The position numbers and the translations under genes are program-made. A DNA stretch of 63,377 nucleotides from Gemmatimonadales bacterium. Lineage in GTDB: Bacteria > Gemmatimonadota > Gemmatimonadetes > Gemmatimonadales > GWC2-71-9. The stretch covers positions 1 through 63,377 of the forward strand of contig DASWDA010000028.1 in assembly GCA_036395695.1 (NCBI GenBank), read 5' to 3'. The notes below the pieces were generated by a model. The model had not been told where the DNA came from. It made no database searches and saw nothing but the letters and a program-made list of their open reading frames with translations. Each line of letters opens with the position of its first letter. Position 1 is the first letter of the stretch. Below are positions 11,294-23,794 of the stretch, one piece after another.

Positions 11294-12450
11294 TCCCCAT
11301 CGCCTACAACGTCCGCAGCGTGGTACAGCGACCCGTCTCCACCGCGCTCACCGCGCTCGGCGTCGGCCTGGTCGTTGCGGTATTCATCGGCATGCTCGCG
11401 CTCGCCAACGGCTTCAGCGCGGCGCTCGCCAAGACCGGGTCGAGCCGGAACGTCCTGGTGCTGCGCAAAGGCGCGGACTCCGAGCTCTCCAGCGGGCTCG
11501 GGCGCGACGTGTCGAGCATCGTGGCGGCCGACCCGCACGTCGCGACCGGCGCCGATGGCCGGCCGCTCGTGTCACCGGAAGTGTACGTCCTGATTCCGCT
11601 CGCGAAATCGTTCGACACCACGCAGATCGCCAACGTCGTCGCGCGGGGCGTCAGCGACCAGGCCTGGCAGGTGCGCAACAACGTCACGGTCACCGAAGGT
11701 CAAAAGCCGGCCTCCGGCCGCCCGGAAGTTTGCGTCGGCAGCCGCTTGACCAAGCGCTTTCCGCACACCGGCATCGGTCAGACGCTGCATTTCGGCGGCC
11801 GCGACTGGACGGTGACGTGCCACTTCACGGCGGCGGGCTCGGCCTTCGAGTCGGAGATCTGGGGCGAGAACGAGCAGTTCATGCCGGTGTTCCGCGGCGA
11901 GGTATTCCAGTCGATCAGTTTCCGGCTGAAAGACCCGGCCGCGTTCGAGGAAACGCAGCGCGCGCTGCAAGCGGACAAGCGCATGACGATCGACGTCCAT
12001 CGCGAATCGGAGTTTTACGCTCAGCAGTCGCAGCTCCTGGGCCGCATTCTCAGCTTCCTCGCGGTGATGATCACCGGCATCATGGCGGTGGGTGCCGTGT
12101 TTGGCGCCATCAACACGATGTACGCCGCCATCGCGTCGCGCGCGCCGGAAATCGGCGTGCTCCTCACGCTCGGCTTCAGGCCCTGGAGCGTGCTCGTGAG
12201 CTTCCTCGCCGAGTCGGCGTTCATCGCGGCGATCGGTGGATTGCTCGGATGCCTGTTCGCACTGCCGCTGAACGGCATCGTGACGAGCACCACGAACTGG
12301 TCGAGCTTCAGCGAGATCGCGTTCAGCTTCCGCGTGACGCCGGCGCTGCTGCTCGCCGGAGTGATCTTCGCGGTCGCGATGGGCATCGTCGGCGGGTTCT
12401 TCCCGGCGCTCCGCGCGGCACGTCTGCAGGTGGTCCAGGCGCTCAGGTGA
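11290..12450 (+). CDS. FtsX/MacB-family ABC permease 2
   Basis: Start taken at ATG 11290, overlapping the previous stop (ATGA). Same architecture as permease 1 (SRAPEIGVLLTLGF block). Confidence 0.8.
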   Translation: MIPIAYNVRSVVQRPVSTALTALGVGLVVAVFIGMLALANGFSAALAKTGSSRNVLVLRKGADSELSSGLGRDVSSIVAADPHVATGADGRPLVSPEVYVLIPLAKSFDTTQIANVVARGVSDQAWQVRNNVTVTEGQKPASGRPEVCVGSRLTKRFPHTGIGQTLHFGGRDWTVTCHFTAAGSAFESEIWGENEQFMPVFRGEVFQSISFRLKDPAAFEETQRALQADKRMTIDVHRESEFYAQQSQLLGRILSFLAVMITGIMAVGAVFGAINTMYAAIASRAPEIGVLLTLGFRPWSVLVSFLAESAFIAAIGGLLGCLFALPLNGIVTSTTNWSSFSEIAFSFRVTPALLLAGVIFAVAMGIVGGFFPALRAARLQVVQALR

Positions 12451-13631
12451 AAGTCACCGCGCTCGCCGCGCACACACCGGAAGCGGTGCGCGCGGCGCTC
12501 GCGGCCCGCGGCTGGGAAGAGCAACCGGCCTGGTTCGCCGCCACCGGCATCCAGCCTCTCGTCGTGCTCATCGAAGACATCAGTGAACCGGAGCGCGAGG
12601 CACTCGTGCATTGGGGCACCAAGTCCGGCGCCGATGTGCTCACTGGGGACTCGGGGCTCGGGACTGGGGGCTGGGCCCTTGTGGCGGGAGCTGCGAGCCG
12701 CATCGCGCCACTCGCGCGTTACGACCGAGTACCTGCCGAGCTGTCGCGCCTTGCCCCCGAACTCGGGAAGCTGCTCGCCGCGCGGGCCGAACCGGCACGC
12801 ACCTGGGCGATTCGCGGCGCCGAGGTGTCGCTCGAAAAGCCGGTGATCATTGGCATCGTCAACGTGACACCCGACTCGTTTTCTGACGGTGGCCAGCTGC
12901 CGTCAGCCGATGCCGCGATCGCGCACGGCGAACGGCTGATGGCTGATGGCAGCCGGCTGTTGGACGTGGGCGGTGAATCCACGCGTCCCGGTGCGGCGGC
13001 GGTCCCGGTTTCGGAAGAGATCGCGCGCGTCGTACCGGTGATTCGAGGCCTCGTCCGGCGGGGAATCGGCCCCGTGTCGGTCGACACTCGGAAGGCCGAA
13101 GTCGCGCGGGCCGCCCTGGACGCCGGTGCGGTGATCGTCAACGACGTCTCCGGACTGCGTTCCGACGCGGAGCTGGCGGGCGCCGTCGGAGACGCCCAGG
13201 CGGGCGTCATTCTCATGCATATGCGCGGGACGCCGGAGACGATGGATGACCTGGCGACGTACGATCATGTCGCCCCGGAGATCGCCGCGGAGCTTGCGGC
13301 GCTGGCGGAGAAGGCCGAGCGGGCCGGGATTGCGCGCGAGCGGATCGCGGTCGACCCGGGATTCGGGTTTGCCAAGACGGCCACCCAGAATCTCCGGCTG
13401 CTCGATGAACTGGCATCGGTCGTCGCGCTGGGCTATCCTGTAGCGGTCGGCCCGTCGCGCAAACGGTTTCTGGGTGCCGCGACCGGCCGGCCCGTGGAGG
13501 ACCGCGATCGCGCCACGGCCGTCGCCTGCGCCCTCGCCTGGGAGCGGGGGGCGCGGCTGTTCCGGGTGCACGACGCCCGGCTGACACACGAAGCCCTTGC
13601 ACTGGCGAGCGCCACGACCAATCCACCGTGA
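12447..13631 (+). CDS. folP: dihydropteroate synthase with a ~125-aa N-terminal extension
   Basis: The DHPS core starts at VIIGIVNVTPDSFSDGG, followed by LLDVGGESTRPG, VSVDT, NDVSG, DPGFGFAK and GPSRKRF. GTG 12447 overlaps the upstream stop (GTGA). An alternative in-frame start at GTG 12825 would remove the extension. Confidence 0.85.
   Translation: MKVTALAAHTPEAVRAALAARGWEEQPAWFAATGIQPLVVLIEDISEPEREALVHWGTKSGADVLTGDSGLGTGGWALVAGAASRIAPLARYDRVPAELSRLAPELGKLLAARAEPARTWAIRGAEVSLEKPVIIGIVNVTPDSFSDGGQLPSADAAIAHGERLMADGSRLLDVGGESTRPGAAAVPVSEEIARVVPVIRGLVRRGIGPVSVDTRKAEVARAALDAGAVIVNDVSGLRSDAELAGAVGDAQAGVILMHMRGTPETMDDLATYDHVAPEIAAELAALAEKAERAGIARERIAVDPGFGFAKTATQNLRLLDELASVVALGYPVAVGPSRKRFLGAATGRPVEDRDRATAVACALAWERGARLFRVHDARLTHEALALASATTNPP
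12643..12677. repeat. G-rich tandem heptamer array inside the folP N-terminal extension
   Basis: CTGGGGA CTCGGGG CTCGGGA CTGGGGG CTGGGCC. Encodes GDSGLGTGGW. Confidence 0.7.
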
Positions 13632-14428
13632 ACGTCGACGCCTTCAAGTTCCTGTCGCCGCGGCTCTGGCCGGATCTCTTCGAGATCCTGGTCGTGTCGT
13701 TCGTCGTCTACCGGTTCCTGCTGTTCCTCGTCGGGACCCGCGCGCTGCAGATCGTCATCGGTCTCGTAATTCTGTCGCTGACCTACTTCGTGGCCGTGTT
13801 CGCCAAGTTCACGATGATCAGCACGCTGCTGGGCGTCGTGTTCACCTACGGCGCCTTCGCGGCCGTCGTCGTCTTCCAGCCGGAGCTGCGCAACGCGCTG
13901 GCGCGGCTCGGCCAGTCGCGCCTCATGCGCGCGTTCTCGCGCGGCGACCGGCAGTCGGTGGCCGAAGAGATCGCGGAAGCGCTGGACCGGCTGTCGCGCG
14001 CCAGCACCGGCGCGATCATCGCAGTCGAAGGGGACATCGGACTGGAAGAGTTCATCACCACCGGCGTGCCGATGGAAGCGAAGGTCTCGGCCGACCTCGT
14101 GACGACGATCTTCACGCCGTACTCGCCGCTGCACGACGGCGCGGTCCTGATCCGCGGCGATCAGATCATCGGCGCGGGGTGCGTGCTGCCGCTTACGCAG
14201 TTCAAGGTCGCCGACAAATCGCTCGGCACGCGTCACCGCGCGGCGCTCGGGCTCTCCGAAGAGACCGATGCGACGGTGCTCGTCGTCTCGGAAGAGACGT
14301 CGACGATCTCCGTCGCGAGCCACGGCCTGCTGTATCGCCACCTCACGCCACAACAGGTACGCGATCTGCTCTCCGGCGCCGTGTCGCATCTCGAGGGCGG
14401 CGAGCGCGTGACTCAGCCTGCCACCTAA
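13628..14428 (+). CDS. cdaA: diadenylate cyclase CdaA (membrane-anchored DAC domain)
   Basis: Three N-terminal TMs. DAC motifs DGAVLI and GTRHRAALGLSEETDA, then VVSEETSTISV. The GTG start overlaps the folP stop. Confidence 0.9.
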   Translation: MNVDAFKFLSPRLWPDLFEILVVSFVVYRFLLFLVGTRALQIVIGLVILSLTYFVAVFAKFTMISTLLGVVFTYGAFAAVVVFQPELRNALARLGQSRLMRAFSRGDRQSVAEEIAEALDRLSRASTGAIIAVEGDIGLEEFITTGVPMEAKVSADLVTTIFTPYSPLHDGAVLIRGDQIIGAGCVLPLTQFKVADKSLGTRHRAALGLSEETDATVLVVSEETSTISVASHGLLYRHLTPQQVRDLLSGAVSHLEGGERVTQPAT

Positions 14429-14480
14429 ACCACCCTACCGGGAGGCGGCCGCGGTCGCGCTCCTGGTCCTCATCGGATAT

Positions 14481-16709
14481 GTGATCACCCTCGCGCCCAC
14501 GGTCACCCTGTGGGATGCCGGGGAATTCATCACCGCCGCGAAGGTGCTCGGCATACCGCATCCGCCGGGGACGCCGTTGTTCGTGTTGTTGGGAAACGTC
14601 TGGGGTGGCGTGGTCAGACTCGGCAGCTACGCGTGGCGGCTGAATCTGATGAGCGCCTGTTTCTCCGCGGCCGGCGCCGGGTGCCTGTTTCTGGTCGCGC
14701 AGCGGCTGCTCGTGGGCGAGGTGCCATGGCTCAGGACGGGCGGCGCGGCCGCGGCCGCGATCCTGTCGGCGTTCACATTCACAGGATGGCAGAACAGCAA
14801 CGAGACCGAGGTCTATACGGTCGCGACATTCAGTATCGCCGCGATCTGCTGGTCGTGCGTGAGATGGCGCGACGTGCGGGGAACCCCGCGCGCGCCGCAC
14901 ATTCTGCTGCTCATCGTCTACGTCGCGGCACTGTCGATCGGCAATCACCTGCTGGCGTTGCTCGTCGGACCCGCCGTCTCGCTCTTCATCGCGTTCACGC
15001 TCCGGGCGGCGCCCGCGCTCGATCGGGACGAGCGGCGGATGGAATGGGCCGAGTGGGCGACGCTCACCGCGCTGTGGATCGTGTTGGTTGGTGGTGGGCT
15101 GGGCAACCTGCTGCTGCTCGTTGTCGGTGGGGCGTTGCTCCTGGGCGCGGTAGTGGCCTGCGCCCTGGCGGGGTCGCGCGCCTTCCCGGTTCTGGCGATC
15201 GGCATCGCGGCCGTCGGGATTTCGATCTACGCGTTCCTCTACATCCGCGCCGGCCTCCATCCGCTGCTCAACGAGGCCGACCCCGAGCAGTGGCGGCCGC
15301 TCCTCGCCGTCGTCCGGCGCGAGCAGTTCGGGAGCCGCGGCCTGCTGGACAATCCGATGATGCCGGGCGACCCCAGGACTCTCAAGATTTTCGGCCAGCA
15401 GTTCGTCAACTTTTTCCAATACTGCTCCTGGCAGTGGGGGCGCTCGCTCCCGGCCGTGGCCATGGTCGTCGTCGCGCTGGTGTTCGTCACGCTGGGAATC
15501 TTTGGATTCGAATTCGCGCGGCGACAGGACCGGGGCGTCGTGGTGCTGCTGGGTGTGCTGTGGCTCGTCACGGGCGCCGGGCTCGTGATCTACATGAACT
15601 TCAAGGCGGGATTCTCGCTGTTGTGGAATGAGTACACGACGATCGCGCAGCATGAGGTGCGCGAGCGCGACTACTTCTTCGTCGTGAGCTTCCAGGTCTG
15701 GGGCATGTTCGCCGCCTTCGGGCTCGTGCGCCTGGTGCGCGCGCTGTCCGTGGCCGCGCCGTCGCGCTGGGGCATCGCGGTCGCTTCGCTTGTGACGCTG
15801 CTCCCGTTCGGCGCCAACCTCACCGCGGCCTCGCGCCGTGGCGCGGACAGGACCGCGGCGCGCGACTTCGCCTACAACCTGTTGCAGTCCGTCGAGCCGT
15901 ATGGCGTGCTGTTCGGCTTCGGTGACAACGACACCTTCCCGGTCTGGTATCTGCAAGAGGTCGAGGGCGTCCGGCAGGATGTGACGCTCATCAATCTCTC
16001 GCTCGCCAATCTCGACTGGTATCTGCGCCAGTTGGCAGAGCGGCCGGTCCGACCGTTCGATCCTGCGGGCGCGCCCGCGCTGTATCGCGCGGTAGCGCCC
16101 GCCCAGCCGCCGCCCGGGCCCGCGTTGCGCCTCACCGAGCAGGACATCGAAAGCATGACACCGGTACAGATGCGCGATGACGGCGTGTTCCGCTCGGGCA
16201 ACTTCGAGCTGCCGATGCGGAAGGGACAGGTGCTCAACACGGCCGATCAGGTGATCCTCTACACCATCGCCGCCTATCTGCCCAACCGACCGGTGACCTT
16301 CGGCGTGGCGTCCGGCCGCGGCGCGTGGCTCGGCATGGATCCGCATCTGGTGTTCCAGGGACTCGCCTTCAAAGTCGTCCCACGCCCCGACACCGTGCGC
16401 CGCTTCGTGCGCGGCATTCAGGGTACCATGGTCGACTCTGCGCGCACGCGGGTGCTCGTCGATTCCGTGTTCACATTTGGGGGGATGTTCGGCCCCGACT
16501 CCCTCGAGCTCGAGCCCGCCGCCGAGCAGGTGGCCCTGTCGTTTTCGGTTCCCTGGATCGAGCTGGGCAACATCGCGGCCACCCGTGGCGACCAGCGGCA
16601 GGCACTGGCCTACCTGCGCCGGGCCTACCATCTCAATCCCAGCAAAGCGCTTGCGGACGTGATCACCCGAACCGAGACCCAGGGGGTACAGAGCCTGTTT
16701 AGGCGTTAA
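14481..16709 (+). CDS. DUF2723-family polytopic membrane protein (glycosyltransferase-like)
   Basis: TLAPTVTLWDAGEFITAAKVLGIPHPPGTPLF signature at the N-terminus, followed by many TM segments. The in-frame upstream sequence (AAAVALLVLIGY) looks like part of TM1 but has no ATG, GTG or TTG, so the start is uncertain. Confidence 0.72.
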   Translation: MITLAPTVTLWDAGEFITAAKVLGIPHPPGTPLFVLLGNVWGGVVRLGSYAWRLNLMSACFSAAGAGCLFLVAQRLLVGEVPWLRTGGAAAAAILSAFTFTGWQNSNETEVYTVATFSIAAICWSCVRWRDVRGTPRAPHILLLIVYVAALSIGNHLLALLVGPAVSLFIAFTLRAAPALDRDERRMEWAEWATLTALWIVLVGGGLGNLLLLVVGGALLLGAVVACALAGSRAFPVLAIGIAAVGISIYAFLYIRAGLHPLLNEADPEQWRPLLAVVRREQFGSRGLLDNPMMPGDPRTLKIFGQQFVNFFQYCSWQWGRSLPAVAMVVVALVFVTLGIFGFEFARRQDRGVVVLLGVLWLVTGAGLVIYMNFKAGFSLLWNEYTTIAQHEVRERDYFFVVSFQVWGMFAAFGLVRLVRALSVAAPSRWGIAVASLVTLLPFGANLTAASRRGADRTAARDFAYNLLQSVEPYGVLFGFGDNDTFPVWYLQEVEGVRQDVTLINLSLANLDWYLRQLAERPVRPFDPAGAPALYRAVAPAQPPPGPALRLTEQDIESMTPVQMRDDGVFRSGNFELPMRKGQVLNTADQVILYTIAAYLPNRPVTFGVASGRGAWLGMDPHLVFQGLAFKVVPRPDTVRRFVRGIQGTMVDSARTRVLVDSVFTFGGMFGPDSLELEPAAEQVALSFSVPWIELGNIAATRGDQRQALAYLRRAYHLNPSKALADVITRTETQGVQSLFRR

Positions 16710-16720
16710 ATTGAGCGGCT

Positions 16721-17398
16721 ATGGGTTTCGAGGCCCTGCCCGAGCGGCTGGCACAGGTACGAGCCGTGTTGGCGCAGCGCGCCGCGCAGCCCGTGACGAT
16801 TGTCGCGGTGACGAAGGGATTTGGAACGGACGCGATCCGCGCGGCACTCGCCGCCGGGATCGCCGACATCGGTGAGAACCGCGTCCAGGAAGCGGTGCAG
16901 AAACAGGAGGAGCTAGGAGCGGGGAATCGGGAGCTGGGGATTCGGTGGCATCTCATCGGCCATCTCCAGCGCAATAAGGCCAAAGTCGTGCCGGGTCGAT
17001 TCGAGCTCGTGCACTCCGTTGATTCCGTCGAATTGGCGACGGAGTTGGATCGCAAAGCAGAAGTGCCGCTCCGGGTGCTGTTGCAAGTAAACGTTGCGGG
17101 CGAGTCGCAAAAAAGCGGCTGCGCACTCGACGAGACGCCGGCGCTGGCGCGAGCGGTGGCCGCGCTCCCGCATCTCCGGTTGGAAGGCATGATGACGATG
17201 GCACCACTGACTGACGACGAAGACGTGCAGCGCCGGACCTTCCGGGGTCTGCGAGTCTTGCGCGATAGGATCAAGGAGGAGGAAGGGCTATGGCTGCCGA
17301 CCCTCTCGATGGGGATGTCAGGCGACTACGCTTCAGCGGCCCAAGAGGGAGCAACGGTGATCCGATTGGGTACCGTCCTGTTCGGACCGAGGACATGA
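16721..17398 (+). CDS. yggS: YggS-family pyridoxal-phosphate homeostasis protein
   Basis: VAVTKG (PLP lysine), WHLIGHLQRNK and LSMGMSGDY blocks. Confidence 0.87.
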   Translation: MGFEALPERLAQVRAVLAQRAAQPVTIVAVTKGFGTDAIRAALAAGIADIGENRVQEAVQKQEELGAGNRELGIRWHLIGHLQRNKAKVVPGRFELVHSVDSVELATELDRKAEVPLRVLLQVNVAGESQKSGCALDETPALARAVAALPHLRLEGMMTMAPLTDDEDVQRRTFRGLRVLRDRIKEEEGLWLPTLSMGMSGDYASAAQEGATVIRLGTVLFGPRT

Positions 17399-17865
17399 AC
17401 GACGAAGCGTTCAACCTGACGCCGCACGACATCCGCAAGCAGGACTTTCGCAAAACCCTGCGCGGGTACGACACGCTGGGCGTCGACGATTTCCGCGTCC
17501 GCGTCGCGGACGCGCTCGAGCGCGCCATCCGCGAGCGCCAGATCCTGGAGGAGCGCGTCAACGCCCTGACCGAACAGCTGCGCGTGTTTCGCGAGCGCGA
17601 AAAAGCGATGAACGAGGCGCTCGTCGCGGCGCAGCAGCTGCGCCAGGATTCGCGGGCGGCGGCTGACCGCGAGGGGCAGGTGATCCTGCGCGAGGCCGAG
17701 GCCGCGGCGAAGCGGTTGCTCGACGAGGCGAAGAGCGCCGAGGGCGCCGTGAAGACGCGCATGGCCGAGACCGAGCGTCAGTTCCAACAGTACGTCGGCG
17801 GCTTCCGCGCGCTGCTCGAGCGCCAGCTCGCCGAGCTCCGCGCCCTCGACGGTCACCGCGGGTGA
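17395..17865 (+). CDS. DivIVA-domain protein
   Basis: LTPHDIRKQDFRKTLRGYDTLGVDDF N-terminal DivIVA motif, then coiled coil. ATG 17395 overlaps the yggS stop (ATGA). Confidence 0.8.
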   Translation: MNDEAFNLTPHDIRKQDFRKTLRGYDTLGVDDFRVRVADALERAIRERQILEERVNALTEQLRVFREREKAMNEALVAAQQLRQDSRAAADREGQVILREAEAAAKRLLDEAKSAEGAVKTRMAETERQFQQYVGGFRALLERQLAELRALDGHRG

Positions 17866-18674
17866 CACAGGTCGCCGCAGCGGTTCGCGCCGTGCAGGCG
17901 CGGACTGCCGTCGTTCCGGAAGTCGCGATCATTCTCGGAACGGGACTCGGGGCGTTGGCCGACCAGCTGAAGGCCGAGACGACGCTCCCCTACGCCGATG
18001 TGCCCGGGTTCCCGCGTCCGACGGTCGAGACCCATGCGGGCCGGCTGCTGCTCGGGACGCTGGGCGGCCGCCGCGTCGCGATGATGCAGGGCCGCTTCCA
18101 TCGCTACGAAGGGTACACGCTGCAGCAGGTCGCGTTTCCCGTGCGCGTGCTGCGCGCTCTGGGCGCTCAGACCTTGATCGTCTCCAACGTCTCAGGCGGG
18201 ATGCATCCGCTCTGGGCAACAGGCGATCTCGTGCTGCTCTCGGATCACATCAACCTGCTCGGCGACAACCCGCTGGCGGGGCCGAATGTCGACGCCGAGG
18301 GTCCGCGGTTTCCCGATATGTCCGCCGCGTACGATCCGGAGCTCCGCACACTCGCCCGCGCGGTCGCGCTCGAACATAAAATCGTGTTGCGCGAGGGCGT
18401 GTACGTCGCGGTGCCGGGTCCGAACCTCGAGACGCGGGCCGAGTACCGGATGCTGCGCGCCCTGGGCGGCGACGTCGTCGGGATGAGCACCGTGCCCGAG
18501 GTGATCACGGCGGTCCATCAGGGCATGCGGGTCCTGGGGCTCTCGATCATCACCGACAATTGTTTGCCCGACGCGCTCGAGCCGACGTCGGTCGAGAAAA
18601 TCATCGCCGTCGCCCGTGGTGCGGAGCCGAAGCTCGCGACGGTCGTGCGCGGCGTGCTGGAGCGTCTCGGCTAG
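17862..18674 (+). CDS. purine nucleoside phosphorylase (PNP family, inosine/guanosine type)
   Basis: GRFHRYEGY, VSNVSGG, VGMSTVPEV and GLSIITD blocks. Confidence 0.87.
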   Translation: MTQVAAAVRAVQARTAVVPEVAIILGTGLGALADQLKAETTLPYADVPGFPRPTVETHAGRLLLGTLGGRRVAMMQGRFHRYEGYTLQQVAFPVRVLRALGAQTLIVSNVSGGMHPLWATGDLVLLSDHINLLGDNPLAGPNVDAEGPRFPDMSAAYDPELRTLARAVALEHKIVLREGVYVAVPGPNLETRAEYRMLRALGGDVVGMSTVPEVITAVHQGMRVLGLSIITDNCLPDALEPTSVEKIIAVARGAEPKLATVVRGVLERLG

Positions 18675-21865
<3,191 letters not shown>

Positions 21866-21866
<1 letters not shown>

Positions 21867-22288
21867 TGCCGACGAAGTCGACGAAGCTGAAGGCCAAAGC
21901 CGGCCTCAACAAGAAACAGTTGACCCATCTCGAGAAGCGGCTGCTCGAAGAGCGCGCCCGCGTCATCAAGGAGCTGGGTCATTATGGCGAGTCGTTCAAT
22001 TCGAGCCTGCAGGCATCAGATGGCGACCTCTCGAGCTACTCGTTCCACATGGCCGATCAGGGCACCGACGCGATGGAGCGCGAGAAGCAGTTTCTGTTCG
22101 CGTCGCAGGAAGGGCGCTACCTCTGGCACGTGAACGAAGCGCTGCGCCGGCTGTACAGCGCCCCCGACCGCTTCGGCCGCTGCGAGCAATGCGGCGACTC
22201 GATCGGATTCGACCGACTCGATGCCCTCCCACACGCCCGCCTCTGCATCAAGTGCAAGGCCAGAGAGGAAGATGGTAAACGCCGCTGA
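21866..22288 (+). CDS. DksA/TraR-family C4 zinc-finger protein
   Basis: CEQCGDSI...LCIKCK four-Cys finger preceded by a coiled coil. Confidence 0.8.
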
Positions 22289-22787
22289 GCGCAGGCTGTT
22301 CTGGGGGACGGCAGTCGCCGTCGTCGTTTCCGATTTCGCGACCAAACTGATCGCCGAGTCGCTCCTCGCGCGGCGCCTGCCGCTCGCGGTGATCGGCGAT
22401 GTGGTGCAGTTCCGTCTGGTCTTCAACGAAGGCGCGGCGTTCGGCTTGCACGTGGGCGACAACTCGCGCTGGATCTTCCTCGGCCTCGCGATCATCGCGC
22501 TGTTCGTGCTCGCCTCCCTGGTACGCGGGACGCGCCCCGGCGACCGGTTCCGTCTCCTTGCGCTGGCGCTCGTCTGCGGGGGCGCCGTCGGGAACCTCAT
22601 CGACCGCATTCGCAGCGCGCAGGGCGTCGTCGATTTCGTGGACGTGGGCATCGGTGCCTGGCGCTGGCCGACGTTCAATGTCGCCGACTCGGCGATCACC
22701 GTCGGCGCGATCGCACTCGGACTCTCGCTGTGGCAGGAAGGCCGCGCGCAGCAACGGGCGAAGGAGGCGCGGGCGGCCGAGCCTTGA
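22272..22787 (+). CDS. lspA: lipoprotein signal peptidase (signal peptidase II)
   Basis: NEGAAFG, GGAVGNLIDR and FNVADSAI motifs. Start chosen at ATG 22272 within track ORF 22221..22787. Confidence 0.87.
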   Translation: MVNAAERRLFWGTAVAVVVSDFATKLIAESLLARRLPLAVIGDVVQFRLVFNEGAAFGLHVGDNSRWIFLGLAIIALFVLASLVRGTRPGDRFRLLALALVCGGAVGNLIDRIRSAQGVVDFVDVGIGAWRWPTFNVADSAITVGAIALGLSLWQEGRAQQRAKEARAAEP

Positions 22788-23794
22788 ACCTCACGTTTTG
22801 TGTGATTGTTCAGTCTGAACGTCTCGACAAGTTTCTCGCTGACCAGCTCGCTCTCTCCCGCACACAGGCCGGACGCCTCATCGCCGATAAACGCGTGACC
22901 GCGCGCGGCACAGCGCTGCGCGCCTCCGCCCTGCTGGAACGCGGGACGGAAGTGACGGTCGACCTGCCGGACGAAGACCCCCCACGCAGCTACACGCCGT
23001 TTCACGCCGATTTACGCTTTGTGTTCGAGGATGAGCATCTCGCCGTGCTCGACAAGCCCGCGGGACTCGTCGTCCATCCCGGTCCCGGCCACTGGAACGA
23101 CACGCTGGTGAATGTGCTGGTTGGGCGGGGCACCGATCTGTCGGGCGGCGCGGCGGCGGAAGCCGGCCGTCCGGGTATCGTGCATCGCCTCGATCGCGAC
23201 ACCTCGGGGCTGCTGGTCGTCGCGAAGAGCGATCTGGCGCATCGGCGCCTCGCCGGCGCGATCGAACGCCGCACGGTGAAGCGCGTCTACGCCGCGCTCG
23301 TGTGGGGTCACCTGCGCAAGAGTCCCGTCGATATCGAGGCCCCGATCGCGCGCCATCCCAAAGAGCGCAAGCGCATGACGGTGGCAGAAGGCGGCCGCCA
23401 CGCCGTCACGCACGCGGCACTCGTGGCGCGCTTCGCGCACAGCGATCTGTTGCGCGTGCGGCTCGGCACCGGCCGGACGCACCAGATTCGCGTGCACCTC
23501 GCGCACGTCGGGTGCCCGATCGTCGGCGACCGCGAGTACACGTTCGGCGGCAGTCGCCGCGTGACGCCGTCATCGCGCAATGAGGCCGAGCGACTCGAGC
23601 GGCTCGCGCCACGGCAGCTGCTGCACGCCGCCGCGCTGTCGTTCACGCATCCGGTGACCGGTGCGCCGGTCGCCCTGACGTCGGAATGGCCGGAGGACTT
23701 GCGTCCCGCGCTGGCCGAAGCGGCCGGAGACGCGAATTTGCTTGCCGAGCGCAACCCCTTGCAGTATCTTGGTTTCTTCGCATCCGATGACTGA
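22784..23794 (+). CDS. rluD: 23S rRNA pseudouridine synthase, RluD/RluA family
   Basis: S4 domain (ERLDKFLADQL), catalytic HRLDRDTSGLLVVAK, and a GRTHQIRVH block. The TTG 22784 start overlaps the lspA stop; GTG 22802 is an alternative. Confidence 0.85.
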   Translation: MNLTFCVIVQSERLDKFLADQLALSRTQAGRLIADKRVTARGTALRASALLERGTEVTVDLPDEDPPRSYTPFHADLRFVFEDEHLAVLDKPAGLVVHPGPGHWNDTLVNVLVGRGTDLSGGAAAEAGRPGIVHRLDRDTSGLLVVAKSDLAHRRLAGAIERRTVKRVYAALVWGHLRKSPVDIEAPIARHPKERKRMTVAEGGRHAVTHAALVARFAHSDLLRVRLGTGRTHQIRVHLAHVGCPIVGDREYTFGGSRRVTPSSRNEAERLERLAPRQLLHAAALSFTHPVTGAPVALTSEWPEDLRPALAEAAGDANLLAERNPLQYLGFFASDD

